Assembly (NCBI GenBank): GCA_963744145.1
Contig: CAVUSO010000001.1
Coordinates: 6,784,001 to 6,848,000 of the forward strand
DNA from: an uncultured cyanobacterium
Lineage (GTDB): Bacteria; Cyanobacteriota; Cyanobacteriia; Cyanobacteriales; CAWUOF01
Length of the DNA: 64,000 nt
Reading direction: 5' to 3'
Positions 33,401 through 41,283 of this stretch are shown here, in pieces (the stretch's first letter is position 1; the number at the start of each line of letters is the position of its first letter). The position numbers were made by a program, and so were the translations under genes. The notes below the pieces were generated by a model. That model had not been told where the DNA came from. It did not search any database and saw nothing but the letters and a program-made list of their open reading frames with translations.

Positions 33401-33665
33401 GACACCATTCTAATCCTGCTTCACCATGATCAAATTCCACAATCTGATAAGTTCGTTCCTGATCTTCTAACAAAAATCTATGGTAGATATTGCGATCGAC
33501 TTCCGAATCATCCACTAACAAAATTGTATAATACTCTTTTGCTGGCACAGTTGTTCCAGTTAATTGGATCGGCGATCGCTCCTTCTTTTTGAGCGCGTTT
33601 ATTTCTCCCCTTAATAACTCTAATTCTGCGATCAATTGTTCTTTGGTTTTTAAGTGATCTTCCAT
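30441..33665 (-). CDS. Cyanobacteriochrome hybrid kinase: REC-GAF-PAS-GAF-PAS-HisKA-HATPase
   Basis: GAF1 DTCI...PCH, GAF2 WNDTYLQETQGG...PCH; SHEIRTPLT, NAIKFS, GGTGLGL. Confidence 0.9.
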   Translation of the reverse strand: MEDHLKTKEQLIAELELLRGEINALKKKERSPIQLTGTTVPAKEYYTILLVDDSEVDRNIYHRFLLEDQERTYQIVEFDHGEAGLEWCQQQLPDIFLLDYFLPDLDGLKFLEQLRQQTGREHLPVIILTSQGNTEIAVDLIKSGAQDYLDKSKITPQILHHSIKYILHYNQLIREREWQQQQQQLIAQTALAIRESIKLEDILKTTVNQVRNILECDRVIIFKFLPSWGGTVLVESVADDRLAIFPLQLYDTCIGKEYVQAFKQGLITAKSDIYDAQISPCHREFLASLQVRANLVVPLIKKDELWGLLVAHHCTAPRQWQSAEIELLEQIALQTGIAIEKAELVQQLQTELQERKQVQIALQELNTELEQRVIERTAQLTEVNYCLSATLSEKEQAYQQIEEQAKFLDLAHDSIITWDLNSMITFWNQGAESLYGWTKAEALGQKIHRLLKTQFPQPLAEIEAELFAQGYWEGELIHFSRKEHQINVFSRWVVEKDQMGKVIKILEINNDISDLKQTEAILQNKHRQEQLLWNITQAIHQSLDLNLILNTIVTEIRQILETDRVAIYRFNLDWSSDFVVESVGNGWLKLVESDLPKVWNDTYLQETQGGRFRTNEIFVVNDIYQANLQPCHIELLAQFQVKSYVVFSIFSGENLWGLLGIYENTTARQWQSWEVELIKQITSQLSIAIYQAELYNQLQIELQEREQSTAIIREAERRWRSLLDHVHLIVVGLDQWGNINYINPFFLRITGYTNDEVIGKNWFEKFIPSSHQKSSTETFLEVLNNSNNYDENPILKKSGEEIFIAWNNTRLQDSMGNIIGTISIGEDITERQKIQKIKDEFISIVSHEIRTPLTAIQMSLGLLNTGIYAQKSEKFRRLIEIAFLDTNRLVNLVNDILDLERLESGRAMIDKTICKAVDLIQQAVNGIQAIATQHQIDLVITPTDVEVWAIGDGIIQILINLLSNAIKFSPDYSTICISAQKQTDYVLFQVSDRGRGIPQDKLELIFGRFQQVDISDSREKGGTGLGLAICQSIIEQHGGKIWVESILGEGSTFFFTLPLPSEVIVYDRENHSSS

Positions 33666-33667
33666 AT

Positions 33668-34123
33668 TTAGGATAATTTTGGTAAAATTGACAACTCAAA
33701 CCAGTATCGAAATAAGGTGTCTAATGTACTAGTTAAAGCCGATAAACCCATTGGTTTTAAAATATAACCGTTCACACCTTTGTTATAGCAAAATTTGACA
33801 TCTTTTTGATTAAAAGAAGTAGTAAAAACAATTATAGGAATTAAGTTAAATTCTGGCTTTCTTCTGATAGTTTCTAATACTTCTCTTCCATCTGTGCCTG
33901 GTAAATTCAAATCCAAAAAAATTAAATTAGGACTAGGATTTATCACTCCTTCATCAGCATCTCCTTCCTGAAAAATAAATTCTAAAGCTTCATCACCATC
34001 CTGACAACGATAAACAGATAAGGCAACTTTAAGAGTTTTAATCACTCTAATGAAAGCTTCATAATCTTCATCACTATCTTCGATGACTAATATATTTATA
34101 TGTTTGTCCTCATGATTTTTCAT
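33668..34123 (-). CDS. Rcp1-like phytochrome-associated response regulator
   Basis: ILVIEDS, LDLNLPGTDGREVL, IPIIVFTTS, Y..G.N.YI.KP, YW. Confidence 0.85.
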   Translation of the reverse strand: MKNHEDKHINILVIEDSDEDYEAFIRVIKTLKVALSVYRCQDGDEALEFIFQEGDADEGVINPSPNLIFLDLNLPGTDGREVLETIRRKPEFNLIPIIVFTTSFNQKDVKFCYNKGVNGYILKPMGLSALTSTLDTLFRYWFELSILPKLS

Positions 34124-34126
34124 TTT

Positions 34127-34741
34127 CTAAGCTGGTCTTCGGTGGGGAAAGGGTAAAATAGAACGTTCCTCTTTATATTTTGATTCTAGCCAAATTTGTC
34201 CTCCATGTCGTTCAATTATTTTCTTAACAATTGTTAATCCTGCTCCCGTACCCCCTCCATATTTATTTTGAGAATGTAACCGTTTAAAAATCCGAAAAAT
34301 TGGATCGAAATGTTTTTCCTTGATCCCAATTCCGTTATCTTTGACATAAAAGACTGGTAAATCTTGGTCAAAACCAGGATGATCGATCAATGACCAATCT
34401 GGTCGGGCCATTACGCAACCAATTTCGATCCGTTTTTCTGGTTGATCGTTATATTTAATAGCATTATTAATTAAATTAACAAAAATTTCTTCAGTTAACA
34501 AGCGATCGCCCTTAATTATTGGTAAAGGTTGAGGAATATGGAAATTAATTTGAGCGTCTGCTTGGCTAATTTTGATCATCTGGATCACATTATTATCACT
34601 AACTTGTAAAATTTGCCAATTTATTTCATTAAAAATCATTAAAATTCCATGGGGCTGAATAGCATTAGGAATATGAATTGGTTCTAAATCGCAATTGGTT
34701 AGAGTAATTGGCTGATTAAAAATATAATTTGGAGAAACCAT
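34127..34741 (-). pseudogene. Phytochrome remnant: N-terminal PAS start fused to HATPase; GAF/PHY/HisKA deleted
   Basis: LTNCDLEPIHIPNAIQPHG then NLINNAIKYN, YVKDNGIGI, IFKRLH, GTGAGL; final GTFYFTL in a shifted frame. Confidence 0.85.
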
Positions 34742-34806
34742 GAGCTGATGTTAGGTAGTTTTTAGCTATTAATTGCAAATATCTTTTCACCAATCATGAT
34801 AAACCA

Positions 34807-34933
34807 TTAGACAAGAAAGCAAAAGTCATGTTGATCGATTTATTGGACAGGCAAGATGCCTGTCCCACAAGAGTCTTTTTTGGTTGTGGGACAGGCATCT
34901 TGCCTGTCCTAGTTATTTTTGCAAGAAGTCTAA
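34807..34933. repeat. REP-doublet/MITE-like element with a perfect 26-bp inverted repeat
   Basis: GGACAGGCAAGATGCCTGTCCCACAA (34845-34870) and its reverse complement (34884-34909); ends TTAGAC.../...GTCTAA. Confidence 0.8.
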
Positions 34934-37809
34934 TCAAAATTCGTTCTCGGGATAGTAAAGAAAAAAGTAGTACCTTCACCCAACTTACTTTCAGCCCAAA
35001 TTTTACCACCATGTCGCTTAATAATACTCTGACAAATGGATAATCCTAACCCAGTACCTCCTTTTTCACGGGAATCGGAGAAATCCACTTGTTGAAATCG
35101 TCCAAAAATCAGTTCTAGTTTATCCTCGGGAATACCCCGTCCCCGATCGCTCACTTGGAATTGCACAGAGTCGGTTTGGTTGTGAGCACTCAGATAAATA
35201 GCAGAATGAGCAGGAGAAAATTTTATAGCATTACTAAGTAAATTTGTCAAGGTTTGGATCATGGCATCTGGTGCAGCCCAAACTTCAGCATCGGTAGGAA
35301 TAATAATTAAAGAGATTTGTCGTTGCACAGCGAGAGGTTGAACTCCCTCTACTGCTTGTTGCATCAAATCTACTGCTTTACAGATAGTTTTCTCTAGCAC
35401 TGCACGTCCAGAATCTAAGCGTTCTAAATCTAAAATATCATTTACCAAATTCACTAATCGATTAGTATCAAGTATCGCAATTTCAATCAGTCGTCGAAAC
35501 TTTTCTGGTTTTTGATCGTAAATGCGCGTATTTAATAATCCCAAAGATATTTGAATCGCGGTCAAAGGAGTGCGGAGTTCGTGACTAACAACCCCAATAA
35601 ATTCATTCTTAATTTCTTCCAGTTTTTGACGTTCCGTGATATCTTCTCCAATACTAATTGTACCAGTAATTGTCCCATCATAGTTTTGGAGTGCCGTATT
35701 ATTCCAAGCAATAAATCTTTCTTCACCTGACTTAGTTACAATCTTATTACGCTCATGGGGATAAGTTTGGTGGTTTAAAACTTCCAAAAAATTGACATTA
35801 ATATCTTTTTGAGGAGATGGTGGTAAGAAATTTTTTAACCAGTTCTTACCCAAGACTTCTTGCTGAGTATATCCTGTCAATTTTAAAAAGAAAGGATTAA
35901 TATAATTCACATTTCCCCATAGATCCAGTCCAACCACAATCAACTGCACATTATCCAATAGCGATCGCCAACGTCGTTCCGCTTCTCGGATCGCTTTAGT
36001 AGCTTGTTTGCGTTCTTGTAATTCGATCTGGAGTTGGGAATAGAGTTCAGATTGGTGAATTGCGATCGACAATTGACTCGCAATTTGTTCCAGCAATTCA
36101 ATTTCCCAAGATTGCCATTGACGAGCAATCTGATTTTGATATACTGCTAATAAACCCCACAAATTTTCTCCGGCAAAAATCGGAAAACAAGCATAACTTT
36201 TAGCTTGAAATTGTTCTAATAACCGAATATGACAAGGGTGAAGTTCAGATTGATAAATATCATGAACCACAAAACTTTTATTATAACGGAAACTACCTCC
36301 TTGAGTTTCTCTAAGATAGGTATCTTGCCAAAATTTTTGGTAATCAGAGGTTACTAATTTGAGCCAATTTTGACCAACTGACTCAACCACAAAATTGCCA
36401 CTCCAATCAAGATTAAATCGGTAAACCGCAGTCCGATCAGTTTCTAATGTTTGTCTAATTTCTGTAACCGTAGTATTCAAAATAGTATAGAGATTCAAAG
36501 ACTGACGAATCGTTTTAGTAATATTCCAAAGTAGCTGATCCTGTCGATATTTTTGTCGTAAAGCTGATTCAGCTTGTTTGCGATCGGTGATATCCTCAAC
36601 CATATAAGAAAATCGAGAATATCCACTCGGACTAACTGTAATCGGACAAACACTTCCTGATAACCAGTATTGTTTTTTCGGAGTAATATGAAGATATTCA
36701 AACCTAACGGTCGCTTGATTTCTCGCGGCTTTTTGATAGTAACTAATCCAGAGTTGGATGGTAGGTGGTGGTACTCCTAAAGTGCTAGCAAACTGATTTT
36801 GCATAGCTTCAATCGTCCTACCGAAAAAATTAGCTGCTGCCCAATTATCGGAAATATGTAAAATATCTCCGTGATGAACTTCCACAATTCCCATCGGGAT
36901 AATTGCACTATTAAAGAAACTTCTCAGAGTCGATTCACTCTGCTGTAAAAGTTGCTGTGCTTGTTGTTTTTCTAATAAAGAAGTTAATAAGCGATCGTTG
37001 ACTTCTGTTAGGGCTGCGGTTCTTTCTAATACTCGTTGTTCAAGTTCCGCATTCAAATTTTGCCTAGCTATTTCTGCTTGTTTGCGATCGTCAATATTCA
37101 TTAGCGTTCCGGTAATTAACATGGTTTTATTTACACCTTGCTCAAACCAGTGTCCTCGGGATTCGAGCCAATGAATGCTACCATCTGACCAAATCACCCG
37201 AAATTCGTGCTGATAGGTACTCTTGATTTGTAATGCTTCCTGAATTGCCTGATTTAAACCTTGACGATCATCAGGATGTACATAACTATTAAAGGTGCTA
37301 TATTTACCATCAAAACTACCAGGAGTTAGCCCAAATAAACGCTCAGTTTCTGATGAGCAATTAATTTCTTCTGTGATCAGATTCCATTCCCAGATCCCCA
37401 TTTGTGATGCGGCTAGAGCCATGGCTAATTGTGCGCTATTTTTCTGGATTAATTGTTGAGTTAGTCTCACCACTTTCTCTTTACTTTCTTTGAGGTCACT
37501 AAATAGTAGATTAATGAGCAGAGCAATGATTAGGAAAAAAAATAACTGGAGTAAATCTACTACTGAATCAAACTGAAAAAGTTGATGGATCGGATTAATA
37601 AAAAAATAGTCAATTGCTAATGTGGAAAGAATAACTGCCAACATTCCCGCTTGAAAATTACCATACCAGACCGTGGCAATAATCGCTACATAGAAAAATC
37701 CTCCCATCGTTTTCGACATCGGAACTTTTAACCAGAAGGTGAGTAAAAGCGCGATCGCTGTTGAGATCATAGCAACTCCATAGCTGAAAAATCGCTGATA
37801 GAGTTTCAT
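34930..37809 (-). CDS. Membrane sensor kinase: DUF4118-like TM, PAS-PAS, cyanobacteriochrome GAF, PAS, HisKA-HATPase
   Basis: Four TM helices, VHPDDR PAS, WQDTYLRETQGG...[12 protein letters not shown]. Confidence 0.88.
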   Translation of the reverse strand: MKLYQRFFSYGVAMISTAIALLLTFWLKVPMSKTMGGFFYVAIIATVWYGNFQAGMLAVILSTLAIDYFFINPIHQLFQFDSVVDLLQLFFFLIIALLINLLFSDLKESKEKVVRLTQQLIQKNSAQLAMALAASQMGIWEWNLITEEINCSSETERLFGLTPGSFDGKYSTFNSYVHPDDRQGLNQAIQEALQIKSTYQHEFRVIWSDGSIHWLESRGHWFEQGVNKTMLITGTLMNIDDRKQAEIARQNLNAELEQRVLERTAALTEVNDRLLTSLLEKQQAQQLLQQSESTLRSFFNSAIIPMGIVEVHHGDILHISDNWAAANFFGRTIEAMQNQFASTLGVPPPTIQLWISYYQKAARNQATVRFEYLHITPKKQYWLSGSVCPITVSPSGYSRFSYMVEDITDRKQAESALRQKYRQDQLLWNITKTIRQSLNLYTILNTTVTEIRQTLETDRTAVYRFNLDWSGNFVVESVGQNWLKLVTSDYQKFWQDTYLRETQGGSFRYNKSFVVHDIYQSELHPCHIRLLEQFQAKSYACFPIFAGENLWGLLAVYQNQIARQWQSWEIELLEQIASQLSIAIHQSELYSQLQIELQERKQATKAIREAERRWRSLLDNVQLIVVGLDLWGNVNYINPFFLKLTGYTQQEVLGKNWLKNFLPPSPQKDINVNFLEVLNHQTYPHERNKIVTKSGEERFIAWNNTALQNYDGTITGTISIGEDITERQKLEEIKNEFIGVVSHELRTPLTAIQISLGLLNTRIYDQKPEKFRRLIEIAILDTNRLVNLVNDILDLERLDSGRAVLEKTICKAVDLMQQAVEGVQPLAVQRQISLIIIPTDAEVWAAPDAMIQTLTNLLSNAIKFSPAHSAIYLSAHNQTDSVQFQVSDRGRGIPEDKLELIFGRFQQVDFSDSREKGGTGLGLSICQSIIKRHGGKIWAESKLGEGTTFFFTIPRTNFD

Positions 37810-37826
37810 GGCTGTGTTCTCTCCAT

Positions 37827-39686
37827 TTATAGTAAAATGCGTCCTCGGGTCCGCTCGATTCGACTAATTACTCTTGTTACCAGTTCTATTCCTAATACGG
37901 GTTTAGTGATAAAATCATCAGCTCCAGCCGTAAATGCTTGATTGAGTGAGTCTGGATCAGTATGAGCTGTCACAACTAAAATTGGTAAGTCCCCCCACTG
38001 GAGATCTTGTCGTACTACTTGACATAAGTCGAGTCCGCTGATCTGTGGCATTTCTAAATCTAGGATGATTAAGTTCGGGGAAGTCTGTTGTAGCACTTCC
38101 CAAAATCTTTGTGGTTCGCTTAAATTGATTACCTCTAAACCCCAAGGTGTTAGTAAAGTCGATAAGTAAGCTAATACTGCTTCGTCATCATCCACTATTA
38201 AGATTTTAGCGGGTAATTCTGCTGGTTTAGTTAATATTCGCGATATAGCTCGAAAAATTTGCTCGGTGGTAGCTGGTTTATGTAAAAACTGTTTCGCACC
38301 TAAACGCGATACAGCCAAACGATCAGCCAGGCTATCCTGTCCCGTAAAGACAATGACGGGTAAATGGGGCGATCGCTCGGTTAATTCTTGGAGTAGGGTT
38401 AATCCATCTTCCTCGGTTCCTGGAAAACTTAAATCTAGTAAGATCAGATCGGGTTTTGACCAGGACAGGTGCGATCGAGCTAGACTAACATTGGACGCAA
38501 CTTTAATTCGCAACCCCCAAGCTGGTGCTTCTGCTTGTAAGCATTCTGTTAATACTAGATCGTCATCAACCACTAACACCCGATGGGATAAAGCTCTTTT
38601 TACTGGTAAAGTGGTTAATTTCTTGACCGGTGGTTTGGCTAACTCCTGCTGTAATCCGGTCACAATTTCTGCTAATTCGGTGATTTCTTTAGGAGTAAAA
38701 GGATGATTACCTTTGAGTAAATGTTCTGCCGATCGCGCTAATTTTGAGCCTTCGGTATATCCAAAAGATGCCATTGAACCTGCCAATTTATGGGCTTCCT
38801 GTTTGGCATTTTGTTGTAGTTCTACTGCTAAATTACCTTCGATTAAGGCAATTTTTGCCTGTTCGATTACGGCAACTTGTTGGTGAAAAACTCCCCAAAA
38901 CTTCTCCAGTAATTTATTGATTGCTGCTAAATTATCTTTGGAGATGCTATCTGGATCAGCTTGATTTAAACTAGAAGACACTATTGCTGGAGCTGGTCTC
39001 AGCCGATATCCCATCCCATAAACTGTCTCAATAATTTCTTCTGTTAAACCACCAGCTCTCAGTTTTTTGCGGAGATCTTTAATATGGGTAACAATGGCTC
39101 GATCTGTTGGTGCATCATCAAATCCCCACAGACGATCAAGGATAGCACTACGACTAAAAATCCGATCGGGGTTTCGCAAAAATAATTCCAGGAGATTATA
39201 TTCTGTTGCGGTAAGGGAAATGACTTGTTCGACAAAGGTAACTCGACCAGAATCAAAGTCTAGACAAAGATTACCCCAAGTTAAGGTCGCAGATGATTTT
39301 TTCTCATTACTCGCCAGAGAAAATGCTAAACTGCGTCTTAATAAAGTCCTGATCCTGCCTAACAATACTTCCGGGACATAAGGTTTACTGATGTAATCGT
39401 CAGCTCCAGCATCAAATCCTGCTACTACATCTGCATCTGAGTCCTTAGCTGTGAGGAGTAAAATTGGTTTACTGTAGCCTTGCGATCGCAGTTGTTGACA
39501 TATGCTAATTCCATCTAGTTTGGGCACCTCTATGTCTAGCAAAATTAAGTCATATTCAATGATAATGGCCAAATTTAGTCCCGTTTCTCCATCTAGTGCC
39601 ACATCAATCCGGTAATGATGTGCCTCCAATATCTTTACCAGTGCTGCACTCAGTAATTGATCATTTTCGACAAGCAGAATTTTCAT
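37827..39686 (-). CDS. RcaC-like multidomain regulator REC-wHTH-Hpt-REC-REC
   Basis: OmpR-type N-terminus, IETVYGMGYRL, Hpt AHKLAGS, two C-terminal receivers. Confidence 0.85.
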   Translation of the reverse strand: MKILLVENDQLLSAALVKILEAHHYRIDVALDGETGLNLAIIIEYDLILLDIEVPKLDGISICQQLRSQGYSKPILLLTAKDSDADVVAGFDAGADDYISKPYVPEVLLGRIRTLLRRSLAFSLASNEKKSSATLTWGNLCLDFDSGRVTFVEQVISLTATEYNLLELFLRNPDRIFSRSAILDRLWGFDDAPTDRAIVTHIKDLRKKLRAGGLTEEIIETVYGMGYRLRPAPAIVSSSLNQADPDSISKDNLAAINKLLEKFWGVFHQQVAVIEQAKIALIEGNLAVELQQNAKQEAHKLAGSMASFGYTEGSKLARSAEHLLKGNHPFTPKEITELAEIVTGLQQELAKPPVKKLTTLPVKRALSHRVLVVDDDLVLTECLQAEAPAWGLRIKVASNVSLARSHLSWSKPDLILLDLSFPGTEEDGLTLLQELTERSPHLPVIVFTGQDSLADRLAVSRLGAKQFLHKPATTEQIFRAISRILTKPAELPAKILIVDDDEAVLAYLSTLLTPWGLEVINLSEPQRFWEVLQQTSPNLIILDLEMPQISGLDLCQVVRQDLQWGDLPILVVTAHTDPDSLNQAFTAGADDFITKPVLGIELVTRVISRIERTRGRILL

Positions 39687-39840
39687 ATCAGATTGAATCT
39701 GGGTAATTATGAAGCTTTTCTTCAGATATTATCTCTGGGAAACTAATTTGGGCTTTTGACCTGCTCCAACTAATTCCTGTGGAGCTACTATTTTTCCGAC
39801 CTAACGATTGATTAGCCAAAATAAATAAGAGTAAATCCGA

Positions 39841-40097
39841 ACCGATCGGTAGGGATAACCCATCACTCCGATGTACCTGCTTTGATTTCTTGGCTGCTAA
39901 GTTCAATTTATGTACGGGCATATTGCTTTTGCGCCCTTTCTTAACTAACTATATAGTATATTTAAATTCCCCACCGCTCGGTAGGGATAACCCATCACTC
40001 CGATGTACCTACTTTGATTTTTTGGCCGCTAAATTCAATCTATGTACGGGCGTATTGCTTTTGCGCCCCTTCTAATTATTATATCTAAATTCCCCAC
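39841..40097. repeat. Tandem ~132-bp direct repeat (2 copies) with hairpin potential
   Basis: TCGGTAGGGATAACCCATCACTCCGATGTACCT...TTGCGCCC starts at 39846 and 39978. Confidence 0.9.
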
Positions 40098-40215
40098 TTA
40101 ATCATAAAATTTTGGGCAGGCTGGTGGTTGGTCACCAAAATTCTCTGCTGTTGTTCATGATACCTGTTCAGCCAAAGTATCAGATTTCTTTAAACACTAT
40201 TGCCAAATTTGTAAT

Positions 40216-40242
40216 TTATGTAGTATAACGTATACTACATAA
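40216..40242. promoter_or_regulatory. Perfect palindrome, putative operator upstream of the RNA ligase
   Basis: TTATGTAGTATA-ACG-TATACTACATAA, 22 bp before the ATG. Confidence 0.6.
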
Positions 40243-40264
40243 CAATAACTAATTTTCCTTTCCT

Positions 40265-41254
40265 ATGCGACAATTAGCTAGTATTCAAAAAATTAAAGCC
40301 CTTGAGCCGATTGAAAATGCTGATACAATTCTGAAAGCCACAGTATTGGGTTGGCAATTAGTGGTCAAAAAAGATGAATTTCAAGTTGGGGATCTATGTG
40401 TTTATTGCGAAATTGACTCAGTTATGCCCGATCGCGAAGAATTTCAATTTCTCAAACCCAGAGGAATGAGAATTAAAACTATTCGTTTACGGGGACAGAT
40501 TTCTCAGGGGATTTGTTTTCCTCTGTCTATTTTACCTGAAGGTGTGACCATTAGGGAAAATATAGATGTAACAGAAATCCTGGGGATTACTAAGTATGAA
40601 CCACCCATTCCGGTTAATCTAGCTGGAATTGTCCGGGGAATATTTCCGTCTTTTATTCCCAAAACTGATGAAACTCGAGTCCAAATTTTACAGGATTTAA
40701 TCGATAAATATCAGGGGGAATTATGTTATTTTACCGAAAAGTTAGATGGTGCTTCAGTCACCTACTATCTCAATCAAGGTGATTTTGGAGTTTGTAGTCG
40801 TAATTTAGATTTACTAGAGACTCCTGACAATACTTTATGGAAAGTTGCCAGAGAGTTAAAAGTTGAAGAAAAATTGCGCTCATTAAATGCTAATTTTGCG
40901 CTCCAAGGTGAACTTATTGGAGCTGGAATTCAAGGTAATAAATATAAATTATCTGGTCAAACTGTCTATTTTTTTAACTGGTTTAATATTGATGAATCTC
41001 GGTATCTTGATTTTACCGATTTTGTGAATCAGGTGCAAAGTTTGGGCTGGAAAACTGTGCCAATTCTACATGAAAACTATCCCTTGGAGAATGATATTAA
41101 TCGTTTAGTAGCTTTATCAATTAACCGCTCTGTCTTAAATCCTAATATTCAGAGAGAAGGAATTGTCATTCGACCATTGCAAGAAAAATATGATCTAACC
41201 GGAAGAGTTTCTTTCAAAGTTATTAATCCCGAGTTTTTATTAAAATATGAGTAG
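40265..41254 (+). CDS. ATP-dependent RNA ligase, DRB0094/Rnl5-type
   Basis: N-terminal MRQLASIQKI..., LRGQISQG, FIPKTDE.R.Q, motif I TEKLDGAS, QGEL.G.GIQ.N.Y, REGIV, SFKVI. Confidence 0.88.
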   Translation: MRQLASIQKIKALEPIENADTILKATVLGWQLVVKKDEFQVGDLCVYCEIDSVMPDREEFQFLKPRGMRIKTIRLRGQISQGICFPLSILPEGVTIRENIDVTEILGITKYEPPIPVNLAGIVRGIFPSFIPKTDETRVQILQDLIDKYQGELCYFTEKLDGASVTYYLNQGDFGVCSRNLDLLETPDNTLWKVARELKVEEKLRSLNANFALQGELIGAGIQGNKYKLSGQTVYFFNWFNIDESRYLDFTDFVNQVQSLGWKTVPILHENYPLENDINRLVALSINRSVLNPNIQREGIVIRPLQEKYDLTGRVSFKVINPEFLLKYE

Positions 41255-41283
41255 GGAGGTATAGTTATTAATCCTGCGATCGA

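Noticed and set aside
39688..40075. ORFs 39688-39921 (-) and 39890-40075 (+) as real proteins
   Set aside because: They overlie the tandem repeat. Differences are mostly synonymous in the + frame, but there is no good start/RBS and the - frame has a stop in copy 2; RNA or DNA structure explains the pattern at least as well
39841..40097. Hammerhead ribozyme or Y RNA identity for the repeats
   Set aside because: No CUGANGA/GAAA core, no T-arm-like motif, and no Ro60/RtcB gene nearby
40216..40242. NtcA site
   Set aside because: Spacing does not fit GTA-N8-TAC
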